A DNA stretch of 64,000 nucleotides from Phycisphaerae bacterium (GCA_963666835.2 CAXXGO010000003.1:512001-576000), one strand, 5' to 3'; positions 53,254 through 64,000 are shown, counted from the first letter of the stretch. Notes: generated by a model from the letters alone, not told the origin. Made by a program: numbers and translations.

Positions 53254-56200
53254 CAATCCTCCGCCACAGCTTCGCGAGACAAGGCAAACAGGTCGCGAAG
53301 AGCCTCGGTCGATAGTCCTGTGATCCAATCTTCGCCGGTTCCGATGATGTTCTTGGCTAAGCTGCGTTTCCGCTCAATAACGGCGCTGATTCGCTCCTCC
53401 AGCGTACCGATGCAGACGAACTTGTGAACTTGAACTTGCTTATCCTGCCCGATCCGATGGGCGCGATCCGTGGCTTGATCCTCCACGGCCGGGTTCCACC
53501 AGCGATCGTAGTGGAACACGTGATTCGCCGCCGTGAGGTTGAGCCCGACTCCGCCCGTCTTCAAAGACAGCAGGAAGACGGGGATGCTCTTACCCTCGGA
53601 CTGGAAGCGATCGACCATTTCCACCCGCGCCGCCTGGGGGGTCCCGCCGTGCATGAACGGGACATCCAACCCGAGCACGCTTTGAAGGTGCTGCTGGAGC
53701 AACCGGCCCATAACGCGGAACTGAGTGAACACCAAAGCGCGGTGTCCCTCGGCCAGAACCTCTTCGAGCATCTCGGTTACTCGATCGCACTTGCCGCTAC
53801 GATGCGGGAGCGGGCTATCATCCGCCAGGAAATGGGCGGGGTGGTTGCAGATCTGTTTGAGCTTGACGAGCGTGGCCAGAATCAACCCGCGTCGCTGAAT
53901 TCCGCCGGCTAAGTCGATCTGACCGAGCATCTCCCCTACGAGAGCTTCATAGAGCCCTGCCTGCTCACGGGTCAGGTTGCAGTAGACGATCATCTCGAGC
54001 TTCTCCGGCAGATCTACTGCGACCTTGGGGTCATCCTTCACACGGCGAAGCACGAGCGGGCGGATCAGATGCCGCAAACGTCGAGCCCGGTCCTCGTCGT
54101 GGTGACGCTCTACGGGCACGGCGAAGCGGCGTCGGAAATCGGAGGCGGTACCGAGATAGCCGGGATTCAGAAAGTCCATAATAGACCACAGCTCACTCAG
54201 ATGATTCTCGAGGGGGGTACCTGTTATTGCCACGCGCGTGATGCTGTTCAGCGCCCGGACGGCCATCGCCTGCTTGGCTGCCGAGTTTTTGATGTTCTGC
54301 GCCTCGTCGAGAGCAAGACGATGCCAGTCGACGCGGGCAAGGTGTTGAAGGTCGCGATGGGCGAGGCCGTACGTGCTTATGACAACGTCGTGGCGGCGGG
54401 CTTCCGCCGCAAAATCGTCACCGGTCAAGCGTTCCAGACCGTGGTGAACCATAACCTTCAAGGACGGAGCGAAGCGGGCGATCTCCCGCTGCCAGTTGCC
54501 CACCAGGGACATCGGTACGACCAGCAGGGTCGGACCCGGAGGATCCCCTTCCTCGCGTTCGTGCAGCCACAGCGCAATCATCTGAATGGTCTTTCCCAGC
54601 CCCATGTCATCTGCGAGGCACGCTCCCAACCCATGCCGCCCGAGAAAGCTCATCCACTGCAACCCGCTCAGTTGGTACGGGCGGAGGGTCCCGTGGAATT
54701 CCGTCGGAGGCGGGATGTGCTCGAGATGCTCCTCCATCTGCGATGCGTTGAGCAAACGCTCGATCCACCCATGGGCGTTCAGCCCGCCGACGGTCAGACC
54801 GGTATCCAGATCGTCCGCCGCATAACTCAAACGCAATGCTTCGAAGACGGTCATGCGCCCGCTCTGGTGGTTATCCAGAAAGCGCAGCGCGGCTTGCACA
54901 TCGGCAGCCTGAACCTCCGTCCAGTGTCCGCGCAAACGGACCAACGGGGCCTTGGTTTCGCTCAGCGATCTCAACTCGTCCAGCGAGAGTTCCTCTTCTC
55001 CCAGCGCGACTCGCCAGTCATAGGAAATCAACGCATCCAGCCCAATATTAGAGCTAACCGCCGCGGCCGAGTCCCCGAGCGGACGAATATCCAACTGCAT
55101 TCTGAGTCGCGGACGATCCTCATGCCACCATTGCGGCACCCAGACTCCGAATCCTTCCGCTCGAAGAACCGGAGCGGCATCACGGAGAAACAGATACGTT
55201 TCTTCGAGCGTCAGACGGCACTGAAGCGGACCGTCGGGCTCGGCACAGGGCTCCAACGGCGTGAAATGGCGGGCCGCCCGGGCAAGATCCGCCCGGAGCT
55301 GCTCGCGGGCGCGGGCAAACGGGCGTTTCAGGATGGCGGGGCCCTTGTGGTCTTCGTCCCACAGACGGGCAGCTTCGAGAATCTGCCGAGAATCCTCTGT
55401 GGCCTGAACGTGGAGGGTCAACCGCCATGGGCGCTCCGGATCCGTGTCTTCATTGGCTGCGGCGGGAGACTCCCGATACAACCGAAAGCACGTTCGACAT
55501 CGCAGCTCATCCGGAGGGGACTCCAGACCCGCCAGCCAGGACTGTACGGCCAGCACGACCGTTCGGCACTCTTCCGGTGTTCCCTCCATGACAGGGTCCG
55601 CACGTACCAAGGCGCGAAGCCATCGTATTTCGGAAGTGCGTGCCTCATCGGAGCGATCTTGCAAGGCATGAGCCAGCTCGTCCCCCTCCAAACAGCGCCG
55701 AACCAGCGCATCCACCGCCGTCCACAGGAAGTTCTCTACCAGAGTCGAAGCCTGAACGGGGGTATCGTCCACCGGGAATGACCGGCAAACCGGTGGCATG
55801 GAGACGATCAATGCCCGCAGCCGCTCAGAAGTTTCTGCATCATCTACAACAACGCGCCAATAGCCTCGATACTGCCCTCCGCCCGCATGCACCGCCGGCA
55901 CAAACCGCTGCTTACCCAGTAGCTCCAACGCCAACTGGGCGACCCGACACCAGTAGCGCAGCGAGTCGCCGGCCATTAGATCTTCGCGGGGTAAGACCGG
56001 TGCTGCGGCCAGCAAATCGACCGCGTCCGCGGGTCCGAATGTCAAAGTCGGGACGTCGAACGTCCGCAGGACGGCCCCCTCCGGCACCGCCTCAAACAGC
56101 GACACCGGATCGAGGTCAAGATGAGGCAAGTCCAGCGATAAGTGCGTTTCGCCGGCACCAAAGATCAGCAGGCTGTCCCAAAGGTCGCCGAGACTCCCGC

Positions 56201-56357
56201 GCAGCTCATCATGAGAGACCACCGCCAACTTAGCCGGACCACAACCCCCGCCGGTTTCTTGCGCGGGCTCATCCGTAGATTCCGTAGCCTGCGGAAAGAC
56301 GTGTTCGCCCCAGAGGTGCAAAGTTGCGTCAGCCCAGACAGCTTGCAGTGCGATCAT
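53253..56357 (-). CDS. SNF2/SWI2-family helicase-like ATPase (DUF3670-type N-terminus)
   Basis: LRPYQ, LADDMGLGKT, LDEAQNIKN, TGTPLEN, LKQICNHP, LVFTQF, GVGLNLTAA, DRWWNPAVEDQATDRAHRIGQ; start uncertain. Confidence 0.95.
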   Translation of the reverse strand: MIALQAVWADATLHLWGEHVFPQATESTDEPAQETGGGCGPAKLAVVSHDELRGSLGDLWDSLLIFGAGETHLSLDLPHLDLDPVSLFEAVPEGAVLRTFDVPTLTFGPADAVDLLAAAPVLPREDLMAGDSLRYWCRVAQLALELLGKQRFVPAVHAGGGQYRGYWRVVVDDAETSERLRALIVSMPPVCRSFPVDDTPVQASTLVENFLWTAVDALVRRCLEGDELAHALQDRSDEARTSEIRWLRALVRADPVMEGTPEECRTVVLAVQSWLAGLESPPDELRCRTCFRLYRESPAAANEDTDPERPWRLTLHVQATEDSRQILEAARLWDEDHKGPAILKRPFARAREQLRADLARAARHFTPLEPCAEPDGPLQCRLTLEETYLFLRDAAPVLRAEGFGVWVPQWWHEDRPRLRMQLDIRPLGDSAAAVSSNIGLDALISYDWRVALGEEELSLDELRSLSETKAPLVRLRGHWTEVQAADVQAALRFLDNHQSGRMTVFEALRLSYAADDLDTGLTVGGLNAHGWIERLLNASQMEEHLEHIPPPTEFHGTLRPYQLSGLQWMSFLGRHGLGACLADDMGLGKTIQMIALWLHEREEGDPPGPTLLVVPMSLVGNWQREIARFAPSLKVMVHHGLERLTGDDFAAEARRHDVVISTYGLAHRDLQHLARVDWHRLALDEAQNIKNSAAKQAMAVRALNSITRVAITGTPLENHLSELWSIMDFLNPGYLGTASDFRRRFAVPVERHHDEDRARRLRHLIRPLVLRRVKDDPKVAVDLPEKLEMIVYCNLTREQAGLYEALVGEMLGQIDLAGGIQRRGLILATLVKLKQICNHPAHFLADDSPLPHRSGKCDRVTEMLEEVLAEGHRALVFTQFRVMGRLLQQHLQSVLGLDVPFMHGGTPQAARVEMVDRFQSEGKSIPVFLLSLKTGGVGLNLTAANHVFHYDRWWNPAVEDQATDRAHRIGQDKQVQVHKFVCIGTLEERISAVIERKRSLAKNIIGTGEDWITGLSTEALRDLFALSREAVAED

Positions 56358-56531
56358 AAACGGTTCGCTTCCTGCCATGAGCCGGTCGACATCGGACTGC
56401 CGCCGTGAGTGCGCCCCGCACATGAGGCGACCCGCTTTCGTTCGCCCCCGAATCCCGGCAACTTCCCCCCAGCCTGTTGAGCCCGGTGGGTCCGCCGGCA
56501 ACGCGGTCGCAACCGGATGGCCCGCGGACGA

Positions 56532-57152
56532 TCAACGCTCGGAATCGGCGGGCACTATTTCGAAATCGATGCGATACGGCCAGTCGCCCTCGACATCGTT
56601 AACTTCGAACCGGACGATAAGCAACGACCCGCACGAGAAGTCTACCCCCAGCAGAGCCTCGAAGGGCGCAGCGAAGCCGCTGCTCTGCGGCTCGGCGGAG
56701 TCGTCATCCCCGTCCTCACCACCGATCTGAAAGAACTCAACGCCCTCCACCAAGGCGTCATCTCGCATCGTTACGTCCGTGAGGTTCTCTTCCATGAGCC
56801 GCAGTAGTTCCGGGCTCCCTATGCCGAACACTCGAGCACACGCGACGAAGCTCTCGTCTTCGTCCGATGCAAGAGAACTTTCGCTGTTGCCATCGAGGTG
56901 GCGAGCCGAGTCGCCCAAGCCAAACTGCGCGAAGTCGGGTCCGGAGAGCTGATCGGTCTGATCGTACGCACCATAGGTGAAGACCGCGCGGTCCGGCGTA
57001 TTGTTGATGAACAGTACGCGAACGCTCCCCCGCTCCCCCGCCGAGTCCCCGCCAAGGGTGGCCGTCTGATTGAGGAATAACTCGCCGCACCCACCGGCCA
57101 GCGGCAGGAACAGACCCGTGAGTATCGTTGTCAACAGCCGCCGTCTCATCAT
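56532..57152 (-). CDS. Hypothetical acidic lipoprotein
   Basis: MMRRRLLTTILTGLFLPLAGGC lipobox; FINNTPDRAVFTYG; GVDFSCGS. Confidence 0.75.
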   Translation of the reverse strand: MMRRRLLTTILTGLFLPLAGGCGELFLNQTATLGGDSAGERGSVRVLFINNTPDRAVFTYGAYDQTDQLSGPDFAQFGLGDSARHLDGNSESSLASDEDESFVACARVFGIGSPELLRLMEENLTDVTMRDDALVEGVEFFQIGGEDGDDDSAEPQSSGFAAPFEALLGVDFSCGSLLIVRFEVNDVEGDWPYRIDFEIVPADSER

Positions 57153-57330
57153 CCGCTGCAATCCTTTGAAACTGGGGCGAACGTCCCGCTCCGTATTCTA
57201 TCGGGCGGAACTCGCACGATGCGCCCGCCCATGTCCATCGACCGCCACGGCAACACGGCTTGAGTCTAGAGGATCTGGACGCCCTCGCAAGCGCCTTGAG
57301 CGACTTGTGCTGCGATCGACGACCGAATCC

Positions 57331-58140
57331 TCAGGATCGGCGGCTGCGAAGTTCTTCGATGTCTACGATGAAGACCTTCCGGAACAAGGCATCCGTGTAC
57401 ACGACGAAGTCCACGTGGCCTGCCCACATCCCCTGAGGGCTGGGATCATCGTAAGTAAACGGGAGATAGACCGGTTCTCCGACCGGCTCGAGGTTCTCCA
57501 CGTCGTACGCCTGGTGATAGAAGCGTTCCAATCTGGGACCGCCCCAACTCTGCATCGTCTCAAAGTCGTCTTGCATGCGATGGGCTGAGAGAATCGCAAC
57601 GAACTTCTCCTTCGTCTCCATCGACATTGCCATGTGGACGATCTCGGTCCCCACCGTCGGCACTTCGTGTCGTCCGAACCCCAGCTTACCCGAGGACCAA
57701 CTGACGTGGAGCCGCGACGGCACCCGTCGGACCTGCTGCAGGTCCCAAGTCCTCGGGCCGGTTGCGGCAAACCACGCTCGAAGGTCGACCACCTCGAGCT
57801 CAATAGGGTCCTCGACCGGATCGTACCGGTAAATCACCTCGTCGCTGTCAAGGTCCGGATCGAGAGTTTCTGCGCCGAACAGCTCGTTCATGCCCTCGTC
57901 CGTCGGGCGCTTGCGAAGGAGCACTACCCGGCTATCCTCGCTCTCCGTTGCCACCTGCAGCATGCCGCCTTCGCCAGCCCAAGCCGGAGTCTCGTATCGC
58001 TTCAGGGCGATGTGGTCAATCTTGTCCCGCTTGCAACCGGCCGTTACCGTAAGCAACATAGCGGCAACGACGCCTGTTAGAATGAACAGCTTCCCCACGG
58101 AGGCACCTCCCATTCTCATACGTTGATCTTCCGCGATCAT
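57331..58140 (-). CDS. Hypothetical lipoprotein
   Basis: Hydrophobic stretch ending LTVTAGC; 269-aa ORF codirectional with its neighbours. Confidence 0.65.
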   Translation of the reverse strand: MIAEDQRMRMGGASVGKLFILTGVVAAMLLTVTAGCKRDKIDHIALKRYETPAWAGEGGMLQVATESEDSRVVLLRKRPTDEGMNELFGAETLDPDLDSDEVIYRYDPVEDPIELEVVDLRAWFAATGPRTWDLQQVRRVPSRLHVSWSSGKLGFGRHEVPTVGTEIVHMAMSMETKEKFVAILSAHRMQDDFETMQSWGGPRLERFYHQAYDVENLEPVGEPVYLPFTYDDPSPQGMWAGHVDFVVYTDALFRKVFIVDIEELRSRRS

Positions 58141-58314
58141 CCTAAGCCCAACAGAATCTTGAGATAGGACCGCTGCGCGCGTGCGGCGCGAACATCAGGA
58201 AGCGGCCCCCGACACTCGAAGACCATACTAGCTCGATTGTCGAGATTATGAAAGAGGTTCGGGTCTTCGGCGATGCCGCACGTCGAGAACGACGGCAGAC
58301 CGCCGGGATTCTCG

Positions 58315-61239
58315 CTACACAACCTGCATAGCGGCTACTACGTTATCTCGCGAGGCGCGGCGCGCCGGGAGAAGACCGGCAACGAGACATGTCGCCACAG
58401 TCAATCCGATACCGATCGCAACGCTCCCGTATGGGATAATGAACTCCGGATAGAACCCTATTAGACCCGCGGTTATCCGATTATCGCTGAATGCCTCATG
58501 TAGGCCCAATGCCAGACCGGTCACGGCCCCCAGCAACCCTAGGGTAGCCGCCTCTGCCAGCACTAAGCGGATGACCTGAGATCTGAGGGCTCCAACAGCG
58601 CGAAGGACCGCAATCTGGCGGGCTCGAATATGCACGCTCACCATCATCAGATTCCCAATACCGATCGCAGCAACAGGCAGAAGAAGTGATGGCAACCACG
58701 TCAACACGAGCACTGCTCTGCGGATACTCCGATCAACATGCTGTTTCAGGCGACGGACAGACCCGGCAATTGCGTCAGGTCGTTCGATCTCCTGTGATAT
58801 CCGGGCAAGCGTGAGTCGTTCACGCAGCACGAGCCAGTTCTCATCTGCAGACCGGCGTCCCCACGTCCACCTGACATATCGCACCGCTTGGCCAAAACGA
58901 CGGAGGTCCGGAACGACCTCAGGCGGAACCGGCGTCCCTGTTTCGCTTTGCACCCAGCGGTCGATATGTTCCCGGGCCTCTTCCAAACGGCCGCGTTCAT
59001 TGGGCAGATGCTCGCCCCACCGAAGCAACGTGCGGGCGAGCGCTGGCTCGTCTACCGGATCAGGCAGGTCCTCGAAATCGAAATCGTCGGGGCGAGCGGC
59101 GTCGGGCAGGTCCAGATCGCAGAGGAACATCGAGGCCACATCCAAGGAGAATCTCTTCCGCAGATCGGCATTGGTCCCCAACATCGCGCTGGCTGCGGCG
59201 AATTGCATGTAACTCTCCGCCTGGAACGCCGTAACGGCCAGATCCAGCGCCGGAGACTGCACGACGCCGGCAATCTCGAACTGTGCCGCCAGCCCGCGTA
59301 CCGTAATGGTCACTTTGTCTCCCGCGTGCAGTCCTTTGCTTCGCGAGGTCTGCACGGGAATCAGAATATGGCCTCCGCGCGCGAGCTTTGCCTTGGCGTC
59401 CGCCGAATCCCCCTCGATGAAGCTCACTTTGAAGATCCTGAAGATCGCCTCGGGGTCGGCGGCAACAAACACCGGTCTGGTGACGCGTTGCACCAGTTTC
59501 TTCATCAGCTTGTCGGTCACGGACTGTTCCGGAGCATCCGGGTTCGCGATTTGGCAATCGACGTCGGTCACCACCGTTACGCTCTTCACTCCGGGTAGTT
59601 GCCGGACTCTTTCGATTGCGTCACCGGGAACGTACTGCGGCGACCACACGAAGGCCTCCGGGAGCCTGCCCGGGAAGTCCCAGACTGCGAGCATTGCTTC
59701 CGAACCGATCCCCAGGTACACGATGAGCGAAAGGGCCACCATGAGCACCCAGCACACTCCGGTGCATCGCCACGGCGCCCGCCCGAACTGATCGCACGCC
59801 AACTCCGGGCGTATACCGAGAAGCGGTCCCACCAATCGCGAAACCGGCGCGCCCAGCAGGCCCACCAGCGCGGGCGTCAGCAGGATGTACCCCAGATACA
59901 ATGACGTGACCCCGACGGTCGCAAACGAAGCCCCCAACCACTGAGTCTGGTCCGGATCGCGGACGATGCCTTCATGTACTAAGAGAAACCCGATCCCGAA
60001 GACACCGGAAAGGTATAGTCCGGCCTTCCGCGGCGCCCGAATGTCCGGATTCAAAGCTGCCAGGGGCGTCACCCGGCAGACCTGAAACAGCAAGAACGCC
60101 GTGCTGACCAGAGTCGTCAGAATGCCACTCGCGACCGCAAGCTGCACCCCCCACTTGCTCGCTACGATGGGCGCATGCCCGCTTGGCAGGCACACCGAGC
60201 AGAACTCGGTGACCGCCATGCCCAGCAGAACGCCGAGGACCGTACCGAACAGCCCCAGGGGGATCATCTCGATCGACAACAGCCAGGCCAATTGACCGCG
60301 CGTGCTCCCCACGCACCGCAGCACTCCCATGGACCTTCGACGTTCGAAGAGGCTCATGCTCATTGTCGTGAGAATGATGAAGAAGGAAGTGAGCAGAGCA
60401 ACAAAAGCCGTCAGAGAGAGCAGAATACGGCTAATCCGCTCCGCTTCGTCGAGCACTTGTTGGCGCGCTGCGGCCGATACAATGCGGCAGTGCCCAACAC
60501 CCGCCTTTTCAGCCAGCAGCTTCTCCAATTCTGTCTGCGTTTGCGCCAGGCTATTCGGCGAAGAGTCCTCCAGCATTATGTCAATGACCGACACCGCATT
60601 GGGGGCCAGCGCCAGCTCCTGAACATCTGCGATTGCCATGTACACGCTGGGCTTCTGAAACTCGGCAACTCTGCGGTCATCGAAGAGCCCGACGACCGAC
60701 ACAACCATAGCGGAACGATCCGGCGCGCCGGATATGCCTATCCGGCTTCCCAACTCCACTCCCCAGCTAGCCGCAACGGCTTTGGCGATCACCGCTACTT
60801 TTCGTTCAGCGGATGCAATAGGTCGGCCGATCAACCCGGGCAAATCGAGAAACGGCTGCTCCGTACCGGGGTCGATTCCAATAGCGTCAACGGCCTGCCG
60901 GTTCGTCTCGACTACGCGATCCGCGTCCTCGGCCGGCATCACTCGCATGCGGCGGCGCAGGCGCGACGTCACATGCCGCACGTTGTCAAGTTGGGATATT
61001 GGATCGACCAAAGAGGCGTCGAGGGCGCCCCAGTGAGCCCCCGGAGGATGAACCGTCAAATGTGCCGCCCCGAGCCATCGATTGACCACCTCATAGCGAA
61101 TCGCTCGCCGGGCCGTCTCGTAGAAGTTGGCGATTGTGACGACCGTGGCTACGCCCATTCCCACGGATATCACCGCAGCAAGAGCTCTCCCCGGGCTAGT
61201 CCGCCAGTTCCGCGTAGCAAGCTGCCACGTGCGCCGCAT
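58315..61239 (-). CDS. ABC transporter permease, duplicated FtsX/MacB-type
   Basis: Two MacB_PCD+FtsX halves; SLFERRRSMGVLRCVG and RARQIAVLRAVGA motifs. Confidence 0.9.
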   Translation of the reverse strand: MRRTWQLATRNWRTSPGRALAAVISVGMGVATVVTIANFYETARRAIRYEVVNRWLGAAHLTVHPPGAHWGALDASLVDPISQLDNVRHVTSRLRRRMRVMPAEDADRVVETNRQAVDAIGIDPGTEQPFLDLPGLIGRPIASAERKVAVIAKAVAASWGVELGSRIGISGAPDRSAMVVSVVGLFDDRRVAEFQKPSVYMAIADVQELALAPNAVSVIDIMLEDSSPNSLAQTQTELEKLLAEKAGVGHCRIVSAAARQQVLDEAERISRILLSLTAFVALLTSFFIILTTMSMSLFERRRSMGVLRCVGSTRGQLAWLLSIEMIPLGLFGTVLGVLLGMAVTEFCSVCLPSGHAPIVASKWGVQLAVASGILTTLVSTAFLLFQVCRVTPLAALNPDIRAPRKAGLYLSGVFGIGFLLVHEGIVRDPDQTQWLGASFATVGVTSLYLGYILLTPALVGLLGAPVSRLVGPLLGIRPELACDQFGRAPWRCTGVCWVLMVALSLIVYLGIGSEAMLAVWDFPGRLPEAFVWSPQYVPGDAIERVRQLPGVKSVTVVTDVDCQIANPDAPEQSVTDKLMKKLVQRVTRPVFVAADPEAIFRIFKVSFIEGDSADAKAKLARGGHILIPVQTSRSKGLHAGDKVTITVRGLAAQFEIAGVVQSPALDLAVTAFQAESYMQFAAASAMLGTNADLRKRFSLDVASMFLCDLDLPDAARPDDFDFEDLPDPVDEPALARTLLRWGEHLPNERGRLEEAREHIDRWVQSETGTPVPPEVVPDLRRFGQAVRYVRWTWGRRSADENWLVLRERLTLARISQEIERPDAIAGSVRRLKQHVDRSIRRAVLVLTWLPSLLLPVAAIGIGNLMMVSVHIRARQIAVLRAVGALRSQVIRLVLAEAATLGLLGAVTGLALGLHEAFSDNRITAGLIGFYPEFIIPYGSVAIGIGLTVATCLVAGLLPARRASRDNVVAAMQVV

Positions 61240-61936
61240 GCCCTTCTCCGTCCGGTCGCATCTCGCCGGCGATTCTCCCGTCCTTGATCATGATGACGCG
61301 GTCGGCGTATGCAGCGCCGGTCGGCTCGTGAGTGACCGCCAACACCGTTCGACCATCCCGGTTTGCCAGCCGCTTCAGCAGCGCCCAGATTGCTTCTCCA
61401 TGACGTGAATCGAGATTCCCGGTGGGCTCGTCGGCCAGCAACAAAGCCGGGTCGTTCATCAGAGCCCGAGCAATCGCCACTCTCTGCTGTTCGCCACCGG
61501 ACATTGCCTGGGGACGATGGCTACGGCGGTGGCCCAGGTCCACAAGCTCCAACAAATCCGCGGTGCGCTGGTCGACCATCGCAACCGGGACGCCGTCGAT
61601 GATCGCGGGGAGGGCGACGTTTTCCATGGCCGATAAATTCGGAAGGAGGTTGTATTGCTGAAACACGATGCCGAGCCGGCGACGCCTGAACAGAGTGCGT
61701 TGTCGGTCGGACATTCCTCCAAGATCCCGGCCTTCGATACGGATCGTCCCGGCCGTTGGCTTATCCAGACCGCCGACGAGGTGCAGCAAAGTGCTCTTTC
61801 CGGAGCCGCTGGCCCCCATGATCGCGAGAAACTCGCCCTCCTCGACAGTCAGGGAAACATCCGCCAAGGCTCGAACCGGTTCCCCACCCGAGTTGAAGTC
61901 CTTACGCAGAGAACTGACCTGTAGCGCCTGGTTCAT
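61196..61936 (-). CDS. ABC transporter ATP-binding protein (LolD/MacB-type)
   Basis: GASGSGKST, VFQQYNL, MSGGEQQRVAIARAL, LADEPTGNLD, VTHE. Confidence 0.94.
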   Translation of the reverse strand: MNQALQVSSLRKDFNSGGEPVRALADVSLTVEEGEFLAIMGASGSGKSTLLHLVGGLDKPTAGTIRIEGRDLGGMSDRQRTLFRRRRLGIVFQQYNLLPNLSAMENVALPAIIDGVPVAMVDQRTADLLELVDLGHRRSHRPQAMSGGEQQRVAIARALMNDPALLLADEPTGNLDSRHGEAIWALLKRLANRDGRTVLAVTHEPTGAAYADRVIMIKDGRIAGEMRPDGEGHAAHVAACYAELAD

Positions 61937-62101
61937 CCATCGCATTGTAAGCGCGTAGTCTCCCTCGTGCCAATGATGGCTCCCCCGCAAGAGAAAGAAC
62001 CGACGCTCGCCGCAAGGACGAGCGTCGGGGTTGTCTTCGCAGGTGGCGGGTGGACCCGGACCGAGCATTTCGGGGACTTATCCGGGACTCGCCCGAGCGA
62101 C

Positions 62102-62512
62102 CTATCCGAACATGGGCGGGCTATAATCCTGAGGCGCAAGTTCCTCGAACCGGTCCTCCGTCGGGTGCACCCAGGCTACCGGAGGGTGTTTCTCTTTCTT
62201 GATCTCGATCTTCATTCTGCCCTTCTTTCCTCTCTTCTTAAACGTCTTCTTTCTCATCCCATCAGACTTGTCGCGTCTCTTGCGGTCAATCTCCGCCGTG
62301 GTCTTATTGGTTCTGTCGTGGTGTTTCTTCGTCCTGGCCTTGTCATCAGACGCCGATGCACGCGTCTTCTTCCCTTTCACGACGCTCTGCTCTTCTATCC
62401 TCATCGCCTTCGAATCGGGCTCGCGCGAAACGAACCAGTACGTACTCCCTGCGCCCAGCACAAAAACACCCAGGATCACCGCCGAGATCATCTGCTTCTT
62501 GTCTTCAACCAT
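62102..62512 (-). CDS. Small membrane-anchored Lys/Arg-rich protein, paralog 1
   Basis: GGGAG RBS; N-terminal TM VILGVFVLGAGSTYWFV; basic tract; acidic tail WVHPTEDRFEEL. Confidence 0.75.
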   Translation of the reverse strand: MVEDKKQMISAVILGVFVLGAGSTYWFVSREPDSKAMRIEEQSVVKGKKTRASASDDKARTKKHHDRTNKTTAEIDRKRRDKSDGMRKKTFKKRGKKGRMKIEIKKEKHPPVAWVHPTEDRFEELAPQDYSPPMFG

Positions 62513-63008
62513 GATTGCTATCTCCCAAGAGGTGTGACTGTTCTTCCTGCTTTGCGTCCCTACCGGCATTGCACGACATGACGGCTACGCAAGCCGCCTC
62601 GACTTTGTGTCTCCACAGTGTCAGCAACACCGAATCAACACTTGATTGGACGTGCGGCTGTCCGGGAAGTTCCCGGACTACCCGAACCCGGACCGAGGCG
62701 GGTCGAATTGAGTCTGTCGGACGTCCAGAAGTAACGCCGCCCCCTTGTAGCCGGCCTCACAGCGACGCCGCGAGCTTACACGCCAGGGACTAGCCCCGGC
62801 GCTACAGTAATTCGCGGCCTGAACTGTGCTTCGGCAGATAATTCGGGCTGGCAGTGAATGCAGAGTCGGCTCGGGAGACGGCCGGGCGCACCGGCCAATA
62901 GAAAACCGGCGCTCGTCGAGGTGACGAGCGCCGGTCTTATCTTCATGGAGAGAACGGGGACCGCTACCGACGTTTGGACGCCCGAATCAGCAAGGTCCTC
63001 GATGCTGC

Positions 63009-63425
63009 CTACGCGAAGCTGGGCGGCCGGAAATCCTGAATCTCCAGTTCCTCGAACCAGTCCTCCTGCGGAGGCATCCAAGCAGCCGGCGGGAGCTCCT
63101 TCTTCTTCTTCTCGATCTTCCTTCCGCCCCTGCTCCTTCTCTTCTTGGTAGTCTTCTTCTTCTCTCTATCGGATCTGTCGCGTGTTTTGCGCTCGACCCT
63201 CTCTGCCTTCGCCTCAGTCCTGTCGCGTGTTTTCTTCTTCTTCTTGGACTTATCGTCGTCTTCCGAAGAACGTCTCTTCTTCTTCTCCGTCGAGCTGGGG
63301 CCCTCCTTCAGCTTCATAGTCTGCGGACCGGTGTCACGAAGAACGAACCAGTAGGTGCTGCCCGCGCCCAATACAAGCACCCCCAGCACCCCCAGCATAA
63401 CCGTCTGTCTCTTATTGTCAGCCAC
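63009..63425 (-). CDS. Small membrane-anchored Lys/Arg-rich protein, paralog 2
   Basis: GGGAGG RBS before GTG; TM GVLGVLVLGAGSTYWFV; basic tract; tail WMPPQEDWFEEL. Confidence 0.75.
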   Translation of the reverse strand: MADNKRQTVMLGVLGVLVLGAGSTYWFVLRDTGPQTMKLKEGPSSTEKKKRRSSEDDDKSKKKKKTRDRTEAKAERVERKTRDRSDREKKKTTKKRRSRGGRKIEKKKKELPPAAWMPPQEDWFEELEIQDFRPPSFA

Positions 63426-63817
63426 GATAGCGACCTCCCATGAAGCAATACCGTACTTATCCTGCCCCCTGTAGCTGTATTCGACCAGTATGCGTGGTCG
63501 ATTCAGTCTCGTCAAGGAGCGTCGCCGGGCGGGCGCCGCGTCGCTGGCAAAGTCCGCCCTAATAATAAGACGCCCGGGGCGTATTCCTGGTTCCACACAT
63601 TCTCGCGGGATGACCAGCAGTACGCCCGCGTCCGGTTTTCACACCCCTCTGCGATCGGCCCTCCGGAATAAGTTCGCTCGTGAGCGAAAACGGTGCTGCG
63701 ACGGCGTGTTGATTCGACAATCTGATCTGCTAACCTGCGTTCGGTCTTGTTATTGCATGCAGTCCCGCGGGTTGAACGTGGGCCCGTGTAACTAATAATT
63801 CAAGGGTGACAGTCGCC

Positions 63818-64000
63818 ATGAAGATCGGATTCAGCTCGGTTGTGTGTCCGGATTGGGACCTTGAGACCATTTTGTCCAAGGCCGTGGAAGCAGGGTTCAC
63901 CGGGGTCGAGTTGCACGTTTCGGAAGGCAAGACCCCGCTAGGCGAGTTGGCCCGTGATCCGGATGATGTGCGGCGGAGATTCGCGGAGAAGAACGTCGAA
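63818..64000 (+). CDS. Sugar phosphate isomerase/epimerase (xylose isomerase-like TIM barrel), 3'-truncated by the window edge
   Basis: Manual translation MKIGFSSVVCPDWDLETILSKAVEAGFTGVEL..., open to the window end. Confidence 0.75.
   Translation, partial: MKIGFSSVVCPDWDLETILSKAVEAGFTGVELHVSEGKTPLGELARDPDDVRRRFAEKNVE

Noticed and set aside
54069..55781. 570-aa plus-strand ORF (similarly 47250-48680 on the minus strand)
   Set aside because: Antisense to the clearly identified SNF2 and arcE genes

Overview
High-GC chromosomal window (roughly 60-65% by eye), most likely from a non-anammox Planctomycetota, probably Phycisphaerae. The clues are a prepilin/H-X9-DG protein, an ECF sigma plus Zn-finger Ser/Thr kinase pair, dockerin/EF-hand-like DxDxDGDxD tags, DCNxNG repeat proteins and TMTC-like glycosyltransferases. 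The centrepiece is a six-gene minus-strand operon (33104->22374) with hydrazine-synthase-like architecture. It encodes an HzsA-like diheme propeller protein, a CRTAC1/ASPIC FG-GAP protein, a 10-heme fusion (two c554-like tetraheme domains + YVTN propeller + CcP/MauG-like diheme, i.e. HzsB/C-like), a secreted propeller protein and two LivJ-type binding proteins with no transporter. It converges on a secreted 16-heme cytochrome built from a tandem-duplicated octaheme unit, across a dense REP-hairpin spacer. Also present: an arginine-synthetase (ArcE)-type arginine catabolism cluster (arcE, arcC, OTC, rocD), tRNA-Thr(CGT), an SNF2 helicase, TolC/MMPL/MarR/UnbV-like genes, tandem paralogous secreted Cys-rich proteins and several very basic orphan proteins. 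All calls come from reading motifs by eye; no database searches were run.
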